Source: Antedon mediterranea (lineage: Eukaryota > Animalia > Echinodermata). From it: a stretch of DNA of 64,000 bases. Every line of letters begins with the position of its first letter. The first letter of the stretch is position 1. Below the pieces are notes generated by a model, which was given only the letters and a program-made list of their open reading frames with translations, made no database searches and was not told the origin of the DNA. Below are positions 12,101 to 27,100 of the stretch, piece by piece. The stretch lies in assembly GCF_964355755.1 (NCBI RefSeq), contig NC_092679.1:9578201-9642200 (forward strand), written 5' to 3'. The translations under genes were made by a program, and so were the position numbers.

Positions 12101-15100
12101 AACAAGTTTTTTCGAAAATCACAAAATGGTCTAAAACGTTTCCAAATGCGATTTGAAGCTTTTCTTTACACTTTGGTGTTTTTATGTTAACAAGTTTTTT
12201 CGAAAATCACAAAATGGTCTAAAACGTCTCCAAATGCGATTTGAAGCTATTCTGTACACTTTGATGTTTTTATGTTAACAAGTTTTTTCGAAGATCACAA
12301 AATGGTCTAAAACGTCTACAAATGCAATTTGAAGCTATTCTAAGCACTTTTGTGTTTTTATGTTAACAAGTTTTTTCGAAAATCACAAAATGGTCTAAAA
12401 CGTCTGCAAATGCGATTTTAAACTTTTCTTAGCACATTGGTGTTTTTATTTAAACAAATTTTTTCGAAACTCACAAAATGGTCTAAAACGTCTCCAAATG
12501 CGATTTGAAGCTATTTTAAGCACTTTGGTGTTTTTGTGTTAACAAGTTTTTCGAAATGCTCAAAATGGTCTAAAACGTTTTTAAACACGATATTAAGCTA
12601 TTTTGTGCTCTTTGATGTTTTTTTGTGAAAAGTTTTAGCAAAATGCTCAAAATGGTCTAAAACGATTTCTAATGTGATTTTAAGCACTTTGATGTTAACT
12701 AGTTTTTTCGAAAATCACAAAATGGTCTAAAACGTCTCCAAATGCGATTTGAAGCTATTTTAAGCACTTAGGTGCTTTTGTGTAACCAAGTTTTTTTGAA
12801 AATCACAAAAGGGTCTAAAATGTCTCCAAATGTGATTTGAAGCTATTTTAAGCACTTTGGTGTTTTTGTGTTAACAAGTTTTTCGGAAATCACAAAATTG
12901 TCTAAAACGTCTCCAAATGCGATTTGAAGCTATTCTGTACACTTTGATGTTTTTATGTTAACAAGTTTTTTAGAAAATCACAAAATGGTCTAAAACATCT
13001 CCAAATGCGATTTAAAGCTATTTTAAGCACTTTGGTGTTTTTATGTTAACAAGTTTTTTCGAAAATCACAAAATGGTCTAAAACGTCTCCAAATGCGATT
13101 TGAAGCTATTTTAAGCACTTTGGTGTTTTTGTGTTAACAAGTTTTTCGAAATGCTCAAAATGGTCTAAAACGTTTCCAAATGCGATTTGAAGCTATTCTG
13201 TACACTTTGATGTTTTTATGTTAACAAGTTTTTCGAAAATCACAAAATGGTCTAAAACGTCTCCAAATGCGATTTTAAGCTATTCTAAGCACTTTGGTGT
13301 TTTTATGTTAACAAGTTTTTTTGAAAATCACAAAATGGTCTAAAACGTCTCTAAATGCGATTTGAAGCTTTTCTGTACACTTTGATGGTTTTATGTTAAC
13401 AACTTTTTTCGAAAATCACAAAATGGTCTAAAATGTCTCCAAATGCGATTTGAAGCTATTCTAAGCACTTTGGTGTTTTTATGGAAACAATTTTTTTCGA
13501 AAATCACAAAATGGTCTAAAACGTCTCCAATAGCGATTTGAAGCTTTTCTGTACACTTTGGTGTTTTTATGTTAACAAGTTTTTTCGAAAATCACAAAAT
13601 GGTCTAAAACGTCTCCAAATGCGATTTGAAGCTATTCTGTACTCTTTGATGTTTTTATGTTAACAAGTTTTTCGAAAATCACAAAATGGTCTAAAACGTC
13701 TCCAAATGCGATTTTAAGCTATTCTAAGCACTTTGGTGTTTTTATGTTAACAAGTTTTTTTGAAAATCACAAAATGGTCTAAAACGTCTCTAAATGAGAT
13801 TTGAAGCTTTTCTGTACACTTTGATGTTTTTATGTTAACAAGTTTTTTCGAAAATCACAAAATGGTCTAAAATGTCTCCAAATGCGATTTGAAGCTATTC
13901 TAAGCACTTTGGTGTTTTTATGGAAACAATTTTTTTCGAAAATCACAAAATGGTCTAAAACGTCTCCAAATGCGATTTGAAGCTAATCTGTACACTTTGA
14001 TGTTTTTATGTTAACAAGTTTTTTCGAAAATCACAAAATGGTCTAAAACGTTTCAAAATGCTATTTGAAGCTTTTCTTTACACTTTGGTGTTTTTATGTT
14101 AACAAGTTTTTTCGAAAATCACAAAATGGTCTAAAACGTCTCCAAATGCGATTTGAAGCTATTCTAAGCACTTTGATGTTTTTATGTTAACAAGTTTTTT
14201 CGAAAATCACAAAATGGTCTAAAACGTCTCCAATAGCGATTTTAAGCTATTCTGTACACTTTGATGTTTTTATGTTAACAAGTTTTTCGAAAATCACAAA
14301 ATGGTCTAAAACGTCTCCAAATGCGATTTTAAGCTATTCTAAGCACTTTGGTGTTTTTATGTTAACAAGTTTTTTTGAAAATCACAAAATGGTCTAAAAC
14401 GTCTCTAAATGCGATTTGAAGCTTTTCTGTACACTTTGATGTTTTTATGTTAACAACTTTTTTCGAAAATCACAAAATGGTCTAAAATGTCTCCAAATGC
14501 GATTTGAAGCTATTCTAAGCACTTTGGTGTTTTTATGGAAACAATTTTTTTCGAAAATCACAAAATGGTCTAAAACGTCTACAAATGCAATTTGAAGCTA
14601 TTCTAAGCACTTTTGTGTTTTTATGTTAACAAGTTTTTTTGAAAATCACAAAATGGTCTAAAGCGTCTGCAAATGCGATTTTAAACTATTCTTAGCACAT
14701 TGGTGTTTTTATTTAAACACATTTTTTCGAAACTCACAAAATGGTCTAAAACGTCTCCAAATGCGATTTGAAGCTATTTTAAGCACTTTGGTGTTTTTGT
14801 GTTAACAAGTTTTTCGAAATGCTCAAAATGGTATAAAACGTTTTTAAACACGATATTAAGCTATTTTGTGCTCTTTGATGTTTTTTTGTGAAAAGTTTTA
14901 GCAAAATGCTCAAAATGGTCTAAAACGATTTCTAATGTGATTTCTAAAGCGTCTGCAAATGCGATTTTAAACTATTCTTAGCACATTGGTGTTTTTATTT
15001 AAACACATTTTTTCGAAACTCACAAAATGGTCTAAAACGTCTCCAAATGCGATTTGAAGCTATTTTAAGCACTTTGGTGTTTTTGTGTTAACAAGTTTTT

Positions 15101-18100
15101 CGAAATGCTCAAAATGGTATAAAACGTTTTTAAACACGATATTAAGCTACTTTGTGCTCTTTGATGTTTTTGTGTGAAATGTTTTATCGAAATGCTCAAA
15201 ATGGTCTAAAATGTCTCCAAATGTGATTTGAAGCTATTTTAAGCACTTTGGTGTTTTTGTGTTAACAAGTTTTTCGGAAATCACAAAATTGTCTAAAACG
15301 TCTCCAAATGCGATTTGAAGCTATTCTGTACACTTTGATGCTTTTATGTTAACAAGTTTTTTAGAAAATCACAAAATGGTCTAAAACATCTCCAAATGCG
15401 ATTTAAAGCTATTTTAAGCACTTTGGTGTTTTTATGTTAACAAGTTTTTTCGAAAATCACAAAATGGTCTAAAACGTCTCCAAATGCGATTTGAAGCGAT
15501 TTTAAGCACTTTGGTGTTTTTGTGTTAACAAGTTTTTCGAAATGCTCAAAATGGTCTAAAACGTTTCCAAATGCGATTTGAAGCTATTCTGTACACTTTG
15601 ATGTTTTTATGTTAACAATTTTTTTCGAAAATCACAAAATGGTCTAAAACGTCTCCAAATGTGATTTGAAGCTATTCTGTACACTTTGATGTTTTTATGT
15701 TAGCAAGTTTTTTCGAAAATCACAAAATGGTCTAAAACGTCTACAAATGCGATTTGAAGCTAATCTGTACACTTTGATGTTTTTATGTTAACAAGTTTTT
15801 TCGAAAATCACAAAATGGTCTAAAACGTTTCCAAATGCGATTTGAAGCTATTCTGTACACTTTGATGTTTTGTGTTAAAATTTTCTGTCGAAATGCTCAA
15901 AATGGTCAAAAACGTTTTTAAATACGATATTAAGCTACTTTGTGCTCTTTGATGTTTTTGTGTGAAATGTTTTATCGAAATGCTCAAAATGGTCTAAAAC
16001 GGTTTCTAATGTGATTTCAAGCACTTTGATGTTTTTGTGTAACCAAGTTTTTCGAAAATCACAAAATTGTCTAAAACGTCTCCAAATGCGATTTGAAGCT
16101 ATTCTGTACACTTTGATGTTTTTATGTTAACAAGTTTTTCGAAAATCACAAAATGGTCTAAAACGTCTCCAAATGCGATTTGAAGCTATTCTGTACACTT
16201 TGATGTTTTTATGTTAACAAGTTTTTCGAAAATCACAAAATGGTCTAAAACGTCTCTAAATGCGATTTGAAGCTTTTCTGTACACTTTGATGTTTTTATG
16301 TTAACAACTTTTTTCGAAAATCACAAAATGGTCTAAAATGTCTCCAAATGCGATTTGAAGCTATTCTAAGCACTTTGATGTTTTTATGTTAACAAGTTTT
16401 TTCGAAAATCACAAAATGGTCTAAAACGTCTCCAATAGCGATTTTAAGCTATTCTGTACACTTTGATGTTTTTATGTTAACAACTTTTTTCGAAAATCAC
16501 AAAATGGTCTAAAATGTCTCCAAATGCGATTTGAAGCTATTCTAAGCACTTTGGTGTTTTTATGGAAACAATTTTTTTCGAAAATCACAAAATGGTCTAA
16601 AACGTCTCCAATAGCGATTTGAAGCTTTTCTTTACACTTTGGTGTTTTTATGTTAACAAGTTTTTTCGAAAATCACAAAATGGTCTAAAACGTCTCCAAA
16701 TGCGATTTGAAGCTATTCTGTACACTTTGATGTTTTTATGTTAACAAGTTTTTTCGAAGATCACAAAATGGTCTAAAACGTCTACAAATGCAATTTGAAG
16801 CTATTCTAAGCACTTTTGTGTTTTTATGTTATTAAGTTTTTTCGAAAATCACAAAATGGTCTAAAACGTCTGCAAATGCGATTTTAAACTATTCTTAGCA
16901 CATTGGTGTTTTTATTTAAACAAATTTTTTCGAAACTCACAAAATGGTCTAAAACGTCTCCAAATGCGATTTGAAGCTATTTTAAGCACTTTGGTGTTTT
17001 TGTGTTAACAAGTTTTTCGAAATGCTCAAAATGGTCTAAAACGTTTTTAAACACGATATTAAGCTATTTTGTGCTCTTTGGTGTTTTTTTGTGAAAAGTT
17101 TTAGCAAAATGCTCAAAATGGTCTAAAACGATTTCTAATGTGATTTTAAGCACTTTGATGTTTTTATGTTAACTAGTTTTTTCGAAAATCACAAAATGGT
17201 CTAAAACGTCTCCAAATGCGATTTGAAGCTATTTTAAGCACTTAGGTGCTTTTGTGTAACCAAGTTTTTTTGAAAATCACAAAAGGGTCTAAAATGTCTC
17301 CAAATGTGATTTGAAGCTATTTTAAGCACTTTGGTGTTTTTGTGTTAACAAGTTTTTCGGAAATCACAAAATTGTCTAAAACGTCTCCAAATACGATTTG
17401 AAGCTATTCTGTACACTTTGATGTTTTTATGTTAACAAGTTTTTTAGAAAATCACAAAATGGTCTAAAACATCTCCAAATGCGATTTAAAGCTATTTTAA
17501 GCACTTTGGTGTTTTTATGTTAACAAGTTTTTTTGAAAATCACAAAATGGTCTAAAACGTCTCCAAATGCGATTTGAAGCTATTTTAAGCACTTTGGTGT
17601 TTTTGTGTTAACAAGTTTTTCGAAATGCTCAAAATGGTCTAAAACGTTTCCAAATGCGATTTGAAGCTATTCTGTACACTTTGATGTTTTGTGTGAAAAT
17701 TTTCTGTCGAAATGCTCAAAATGGTCAAAAACGTTTTTAAATACGATATTAAGCTACTTTGTGCTCTTTGATGTTTTTGTGTGAAATGTTTTATCGAAAT
17801 GCTCAAAATGGTCTAAAACGGTTTCTAATGTGATTTCAAGCACTTTGATGTTTTTGTGTAACCAAGTTTTTCGAAAATCACAAAATTGTCTAAAACGTCT
17901 CCAAATGCGATTTGAAGCTATTCTGTACACTTTGATGTTTTTATGTTAACAAGTTTTTCGAAAATCACAAAATGGTCTAAAACGTCTCTAAATGCGATTT
18001 GAAGCTTTTCTGTACACTTTAATGTTTTTATGTTAACAACTTTTTTCGAAAATCACAAAATGGTCTAAAATGTCTCCAAATGCGATTTGAAGCTATTCTA

Positions 18101-21100
18101 AGCACTTTGATGTTTTTATGTTAACAAGTTTTTTCGAAAATCACAAAATGGTCTAAAACGTCTCCAATAGCGATTTTAAGCTATTCTGTACACTTTGATG
18201 TTTTTATGTTAACAAGTTTTTCGAAAATCACAAAATGGTCTAAAACGTCTCCAAATGCGATTTTAAGCTATTCTAAGCACTTTGGTGTTTTTATGTTAAC
18301 AAGTTTTTTTGAAAATCACAAAATGGTCTAAAACGTCTCTAAATGTGATTTGAAGCTTTTCTGTACACTTTGATGTTTTTATGTTAACAACTTTTTTCGA
18401 AAATCACAAAATGGTCTAAAATGTCTCCAAATGCGATTTGAAGCTATTCTGTACACTTTGATGTTTTTATGTTAACAAGTTTTTCGAAAATCACAAAATG
18501 GTCTAAAACGTCTCTAAATGCGATTTGAAGCTTTTCTGTACACTTTAATGTTTTTATGTTAACAACTTTTTTCGAAAATCACAAAATGGTCTAAAATGTC
18601 TCCAAATGCGATTTGAAGCTATTCTAAGCACTTTGATGTTTTTATGTTAACAAGTTTTTTCGAAAATCACAAAATGGTCTAAAACGTTTCAAAATGCGAT
18701 TTGAAGCTTTTCTTTACACTTTAGTGTTTTTATGTTAACAAGTTTTTTCGAAAATCACAAAATGGTCTAAAACGTCTCCAAATGCGATTTGAAGCTAATC
18801 TGTACACTTTGATGTTTTTATGTTAACAAGTTTTTTCGAAAATCACAAAATGGTCTAAAACGTTTCCAAATGCGATTTGAAGCTATTCTGTACACTTTGA
18901 TGTTTTGTGTGAAAATTTTCTGTCGAAATGCTCAAAATGGTCAAAAACGTTTTTAAATACGATATTAAGCTACTTTGTGCTCTTTGATGTTTTTGTGTGA
19001 AATGTTTTATCGAAATGCTCAAAATGGTCTAAAACGGTTTCTAATGTGATTTCAAGCACTTTGATGTTTTTGTGTAACCAAGTTTTTCGAAAATCACAAA
19101 ATTGTCTAAAACGTCTCCAAATGCGATTTGAAGCTATTCTGTACACTTTGATGTTTTTATGTTAACAAGTTTTTCGAAAATCACAAAATGGTCTAAAACG
19201 TCTCCAAATGCGATTTGAAGCTATTCTAAGCACTTTGGTGTTTTTATGTTAACAAGTTTTTTCGAAAATCACAAAATGGTCTAAAACGTCTCCAAATGCG
19301 ATTTGAAGCTATTTTAAGCACTTTGGTGCTTTTGTGTAACCAAGTTTTTTCGAAAATCACGAAATGGTCTAAAACGTCTCCAAATGCGATTTGAAGCTAT
19401 TCTAAGCACTTTGGTGTTTTTACGTTAACAAGTTTTTTCGAAATTCACAAAATGGTCTAAAACGTCTCCAAATGCGATTTGAAGCTATTCTGTACACTTT
19501 GATGTTTTTATGTTAAGTTTTTTCGAAAATCACAAAATGGTCTAAAACGTTTCCAAATGCGATTTGAAGCTATTCTGTACACTTTGATGTTTTGTGTGAA
19601 AATTTTCTGTCGAAATGCTCAAAATGGTCAAAAACGTTTTTAAATACGATATTAAGCTACTTTGTGCTCTTTGATGTTTTTTTGTGAAATGTTTTATCGA
19701 AATGCTCAAAATGGTCTAAAACGGTTTCTAATGTGATTTCAAGCACTTTGATGTTTTTGTGTAACCAAGTTTTTCGAAAATCACAAAATTGTCTAAAACG
19801 TCTCCAAATGCGATTTGAAGCTATTCTGTACACTTTGGTGTTTTTATGTTAACAAGTTTTTTCGAAAATCACAAAATGGTCTAAAACGTCTCCAAATGCG
19901 ATTTAAAGCTATTTTAAGCACTTTTGTGTTTTTGTGTAACCAAGTTTTTTCGAAAATCACAAAAGGGTCTAAAATGTATGTAAATGCGATTTGAAGCTAT
20001 TTAAAGCACTTTGGTGTTTTTAGGTTAACAAGTTTTTTCGAAAATCACAAAATGGTCTAAAACGTCTACAAATGCGATTTGAAGCTATTCTAAGCACTTT
20101 TGTGTTTTTATGTTAACAAGTTTTTTCGAAAATCACAAAATGGTCTAAAATGTCTCGAAATGCGATTTGAAGCTATTCTAAGCACTTTGGTGTTTTTATG
20201 GAAACAATTTTTTTCGAAAATCACAAAATGGTCTAAAACGTCTCCAATAGCGATTTGAAGCTTTTCTGTACACTTTGGTGTTTTTATGTTAACAAGTTTT
20301 TTCGAAAATCACAAAATGGTCTAAAACGTCTCCAAATGCGATTTGAAGCTATTCTGTACACTTTGATGTTTTTATGTTAACAAGTTTTTTCGAAAATCAC
20401 AAAATGGTCTAAAACGTCTACAAATGCGATTTGAAGCTATTCTAAGCACTTTTGTGTTTTTATGTTAACAAGTTTTTTCGAAAATAACAAAATGGTCTAA
20501 AATGTCTGCAAATGCGATTTGAAGCTATTCTTAGCACATTGGTGTTTTTATTTAAACAAATTTTTTCGAAACTCACAAAATGGTCTAAAACGTCTCCAAA
20601 TGCGATTTGAAGCTATTTTAAGCACTTTGGTGTTTTTGTGTTAACAAGTTTTTTGAAAAGCTCAAAATGGTCTAAAACGTTTTTAAACACGATATTAAGC
20701 TATTTTGTGCTCTTTGATGTTTTTTTGTGAAAAGTTTTAGCGAAATGCTCAAAATGGTCTAAAACGATTTCTAATGTGATTTTAAGCACTTTGATGTTTT
20801 TATGTTAACTAGTTTTTTCGAAAATCACAAAATGGTCTAAAACGTCTCCAAATGTGATTTGAAGCTATTCTAAGCACTTTGGTGTTTTTATGTTAACAGT
20901 TTTTTCGAAAATCACAAAATGGTCTAAAACGTTTCCAAATGCGATTTGAAGCTATTCTGTACACTTTGATGTTTTTATGTTAACAAGTTTTTTCGAAAAT
21001 CACAAAATGGTCTAAAACGTCTACAAATGCAATTTGAAGCTATTCTAAGCACTTTTGTGTTTTTATGTTAACAAGTTTTTTCGAAAATCACAAAATGGTC

Positions 21101-24100
21101 TAAAACGTCTGCAAATGCGATTTGAAACTATTCTTAGCACATTGGTGTTTTTATTTAAACAAATTTTTTCGAAACTCACAAAATGGTCTAAAACGTCTCC
21201 AAATGCGATTTGAAGCTATTTTAAGCACTTTGGTGTTTTTGTGTTAACAAGTTTTTCGAAATGCTCAAAATGGTCTAAAACGTTTTTAAACACGATATTA
21301 AGCTATTTGTGCTCTTTGATGTTTTTTTGTGAAAAGTTTTAGCAAAATGCTCAAAATGGTCTAAAACGATTTCTAATGTGATTTTAAGCACTTTGATGTT
21401 TTTATGTTAACTAGTTTTTTCGAAAATCACAAAATGGTCTAAAACGTCTCCAAATGCGATTTGAAGCTATTTTAAGCACTTAGGTGCTTTTGTGTAACCA
21501 AGTTTTTTTGAAAATCACAAAAGGGTCTAAAATGTCTCCAAATGTGATTTGAAGCTATTTTAAGCACTTTGGTGTTTTTGTGTTAACAAGTTTTTCGAAA
21601 ATCACAAAATTGTCTAAAACGTCTCCAAATGCGATTTGAAGCTATTCTGTACACTTTGATGTTTTTATGTTAACAAGTTTTTTAGAAAATCACAAAATGG
21701 TCTAAAACATCTCCAAATGCGATTTAAAGCTATTTTAAGCACTTTGGTGTTTTTATGTTAACAAGTATTTTCGAAAATCACAAAATGGTCTAAAACGTCT
21801 CCAAATGCGATTTGAAGCTATTTTAAGCACTTTGGTGTTTTTGTGTTAACAAGTTTTTCGAAATGCTCAAAATGGTCTAAAACGTTTACAAATGCGATTT
21901 GAAGCTATTCTGTACACTTTGATGTTTTGTGTGAAAATTTTCTGTCGAAATGCTCAAAATGGTCAAAAACGTTTTTAAATACGATATTAAGCTACTTTGT
22001 GCTCTTTGATGTTTTTGTGTGAAATGTTTTATCGAAATGCTCAAAATGGTCTAAAACGGTTTCTAATGTGATTTCAAGCACTTTGATGTTTTTGTGTAAC
22101 CAAGTTTTTCGAAAATCACAAAATTGTCTAAAACGTCTCCAAATGCGATTTGAAGCTATTCTGTACTCTTTGATGTTTTTATGTTAACAAGTTTTTCGAA
22201 AATCACAAAATGGTCTAAAACGTCTCCAAATGCAATTTTAAGCTATTCTAAGCACTTTGGTGTTTTTATGTTAACAAGTTTTTTTGAAAATCACAAAATG
22301 GTCTAAAACGTCTCTAAATGAGATTTGAAGCTTTTCTGTACACTTTGATGTTTTTATGTTAACAAGTTTTTCGAAAATCACAAAATGGTCTAAAACGTCT
22401 CCAAATGCGATTTTAAGCTATTCTAAGCACTTTGGTGTTTTTATGTTAACAAGTTTTTTTGAAAATCACAAAATGGTCTAAAACGTCTCTAAATGCGATT
22501 TGAAGCGTTTCTGTACACTTTGATGATTTTATGTTAACAACTTTTTTCGAAAATCACAAAATGGTCTAAAATGTCTCCAAATGCGATTTGAAGCTATTCT
22601 AAGCACTTTGGTGTTTTTATGGAAACAATTTTTTTCGAAAATCACAAAATGGTCTAAAACGTCTCCAATAGCGATTTGAAGCTTTTCTGTACACTTTGGT
22701 GTTTTTATGTTAACAAGTTTTTTCGAAAATCACAAAATGGTCTAAAACGTCTCCAATAGTGATTTGAAGCTATTCTGTACACTTTGGTGTTTTTATGTTA
22801 AGTTTTTTCGAAAATCACAAAATGGTCTAAAACGTCTCAAAATGCGATTTGAAGCTATTCTGTACACTTTGATGTTTTTATGTTAACAAGTTTTTTCGAA
22901 AATCACAAAATGGTCTAAAACGTCTACAAATGCAATTTGTAGCTATTCTAAGCACTTTTGTGTTTTTATGTTAACAAGTTTTTTCGAAAATCACAAAATG
23001 GTCTAAAACGTCTGCAAATGCGATTTGAAACTATTCTTAGCCCATTGGTGTTTTTATTTAAACAAATTTTTTCGAAACTCACAAAATGGTCTAAAACGTC
23101 TCCAAATGCGATTTGAAGCTATTTTAAGCACTTTGGTGTTTTTGTGTTAACATGTTTTTCGAAATGCTCAAAATGGTCTAAAACGTTTTTAAACAAGATA
23201 TAAAGCTATTTTGTGCTCTTTGATGTTTTTTTGTGAAAAGTTTTAGCAAAATGCTCAAAATGGTCTAAAACGATTTCTAATGTGATTTTAAGCACTTTGA
23301 TGTTTTTATGTTAACTAGTTTTTTCGAAAATCACAAAATGGTCTAAAACGTCTCCAAATGCGATTTGAAGCTATTTTAAGCACTTAGGTGCTTTTGTGTA
23401 ATCAAGTTTTTTTGAAAATCACAAAAGGGTCTAAAATGTCTCCAAATGTGATTTGAAGCTATTTTAAGCACTTTGGTGTTTTTGTGTTAACAAGTTTTTC
23501 GAAAATCACAAAATTGTCTAAAACGTCTCCAAATGCGATTTGAAGCTATTCTGTACACTTTGATGTTTTTATGTTAACAAGTTTTTTAGAAAATCACAAA
23601 ATGGTCTAAAACATCTCCAAATGCGATTTAAAGCTATTTTAAGCACTTTGGTGTTTTTATGTTAACAAGTTTTTTCGAAAATCACAAAATGGTCTAAAAC
23701 GTCTCCAAATGCGATTTGAAGCTATTTTAAGCACTTTGGTGTTTTTGTGTTAACAAGTTTTTCGAAATGCTCAAAATGGTCTAAAACGTTTCCAAATGCG
23801 ATTTGAAGCTATTCTGTACACTTTGATGTTTTGTGTGAAAATTTTCTGTCGAAATGCTCAAAATGGTCAAAAACGTTTTTAAATACGATATTAAGCTACT
23901 TTGTGCTCTTTGATGTTTTTGTGTGAAATGTTTTATCGAAATGCTCAAAATGGTCTAAAACGGTTTCTAATGTGATTTCAAGCACTTTGATGTTTTTTTG
24001 TAACCAAGTTTTTCGAAAATCACAAAATTGTCTAAAACGTCTCCAAATGCGATTTGAAGCTATTCTGTACACTTTGATGTTTTTATGTTAACAAGTTTTT

Positions 24101-27100
24101 CGAAAATCACAAAATGGTCTAAAACGTCTCCAAATGCGATTTGAAGCTATTCTGTACACTTTGATGTTTTTATGTTAACAAGTTTTTCGAAAATCACAAA
24201 ATGGTCTAAAACGTCTCTAAATGCGATTTGAAGCTTTTCTGTACACTTTGATGTTTTTATGTTAACAACTTTTTTCGAAAATCACAAAATGGTCTAAAAT
24301 GTCTCCAAATGCGATTGAAGCTATTCTAAGCACTTTGATGTTTTTATAATAACAAGTTTTTTCGAAAATCACAAAATTGTCTAAAACGTCTCCAAATGCG
24401 ATTTGAAGCTATTCTGTACTCTTTGATGTTTTTATGTTAACACGTTTTTTCGAAAATCACAAAATGGTCTAAAACGTCTCCAAATGCGATTTTAAGCTAT
24501 TCTAAGCACTTTGGTGTTTTTATGTTAACAAGTTTTTTTGAAAATCACAAAATGGTCTAAAACGTCTCTAAATGCGATTTGAAGCTTTTCTGTACACTTT
24601 GATGTTTTTATGTTAACAAGTTTTTTCGAAAATAGCAAAATGGTCTAAAATGTCTCCAAATGCGATTTGAAGCTATTCTAAGCACTTTGGTGTTTTTATG
24701 AAAACAATTTTTTTCGAAAATCACAAAATGGTCTAAAACGTCTCCAATAGCGATTTGAAGCTTTTCTGTACACTTTGGTGTTTTTATGTTAACAAGTTTT
24801 TTCGAAAATCACAAAATCGTCTAAAACGTCTCCAAATTCGATTTGAAGCTATTTTAAGAACTTTGGTGTTTTTATCTTAACAAGTTTTTTCGAAAATCAC
24901 AAAATGGTCTAAAACGTCTCCAAATGCGATTTGAAGCTATTCTAAGCACTTTGGTGTTTTTATGTTAACAAGTTTTTTCAAAAATCACAAAACGGTCTAA
25001 AACGTCTCCAAATGCGATTTGAAGCTATTCTGTACACTTTGATGTTTTTATGTTAACAAGTTTTTTCAAAAATCACAAAATGGTCTAAAACGTTTCCAAA
25101 TGCGATTTGAAGCTATTCTGTACACTTTGATGTTTTGTGTGAAAATTTTCTGTCGAAATGCTCAAAATGGTCATAAACGTTTTTAAATACGATATTAAGC
25201 TACTTTGTGCTCTTTGATGTTTTTGTGTGAAAAGTTTTATCGAAATGCTCAAAATGGTCTAAAACGGTTTCTAATGTGATTTCAAGCACTTTGATGTTTT
25301 TGTGTAACCAAGTTTTTCGAAAATCACAAAATTGTCTAAAACGTCTCCAAATGCGATTTGAAGCTATTCTGTACACTTTGATGTTTTTATGTTAACAAGT
25401 TTTTTCGAAAATCACAAAAGAGTCTAAAATATCTCGAAATGCGATTTGAAGCTATTCTAAGCACTTTGGTGTTTTTATGTTAACAAGTTTTTTCGAAATC
25501 ACAAAATGGTCTAAAATGTCTCCAAATGCGATTTGAAGCTAATCTTAGCACATTGGTGTTTTTATGTTAACAAGTTTTTTCGAAAATCACAAAATGGTCT
25601 AAAACGACTCCAAATGCGATTTGAAGCTATTCTGTATACTTTGGTGTTTTTATGTTAACAAGTTTTTTCGAAAATCACAAAATGGTCTAGAACGTCTCCA
25701 AATGCGATTTGAAGCTATTCTAAGCACTTTGGTGTTTTTATGTTAACAAGTTTTTTCGAAAATCACAAAATGGTCTAAAACGTCTCCAATAGCGATTTGA
25801 AGCTTTTCTGTACACTTTGGTGTTTTTATGTTAACAAGTTTTTTCGAAAATCACAAAATGGTCTAAAACGTCTCCAAATGCGATTTGAAGCTATTCTGTA
25901 CACTTTGATGTTTTTATGTTAACAAGTTTTTTCGAAAATCATAAAATGGTCTAAAACGTTTCCAAATGCGATTTGAAGCTATTCTGTACACCTTGATGTT
26001 TTGTGTGAAAATTTTCTGTCGAAATGCTCAAAATGGTCAAAAACGTTTTTAAATACGATATTAAGCTACTTTGTGCTCTTTGATGTTTTTGTGTGAAATG
26101 TTTTATCGAAATGCTCAAAATGGTCTAAAACGGTTTCTAATGTGATTTCAAGCACTTTGATGTTTTTGTGTAACCAAGTTTTTCGAAAATCACAAAATTG
26201 TCTAAAACGTCTCCAAATGCGATTTTAAGCTATTCTAAGCACTTTGGTGTTTTTATGTTAACAAGTTTTTTTGAAAATCACAAAATGGTCTAAAACGTCT
26301 CTAAATGCGATTTGAAGCTTTTCTGTACACTTTAATGTTTTTATGTTTAACAACTTTTTTCGAAAATCACAAAATGGTCTAAAATGTCTCCAAATGCGAT
26401 TTGAAGCTATTCTAAGCACTTTGGTGTTTTTATGGAAACAATTTTTTTCGAAAATCACAAAATGGTCTAAAACGTCTCCAATAGCGATTTGAAGCTTTTC
26501 TGTACACTTTGGTGTTTTTATGTTAACAAGTTTTTTCGAAAATCACAAAATGGTCTAAAACGTCTCCAAATGCGATTTGAATCTAATCTGTACACTTTGA
26601 TGTTTTTATGTTAACAAGTTTTTTCGAAAATCACAAAATGGTCTAAAACGTTTCCAAATGCGATTTGAAGCTATTCTGTACACTTTGATGTTTTGTGTGA
26701 AAATTTTCTGTCGAAATGCTCAAAATGGTCAAAAACGTTTTTAAATACGATATTAAGCTACTTTGTGCTCTTTGATGTTTTTGTGTGAAATGTTTTATCG
26801 AAATGCTCAAAATGGTCTAAAACGGTTTCTAATGTGATTTCAAGCACTTTGATGTTTTTGTGTAACCAAGTTTTTCGAAAATCACAAAATTGTCTAAAAC
26901 GTCTCCAAATGTGATTTGAAGCTATTCTGTACTCCTTGATGTTTTTATGTTAACAAGTTTTTCGAAAATCACAAAATGGTCTAAAACGTCTCCAAATGCG
27001 ATTTTAAGCTATTCTAACCACTTTGGTGTTTTTATGTTAACAAGTTTTTTTGAAAATCACAAAATGGTCTAAAACGTCTCTAAATGAGATTTGAAGCTTT

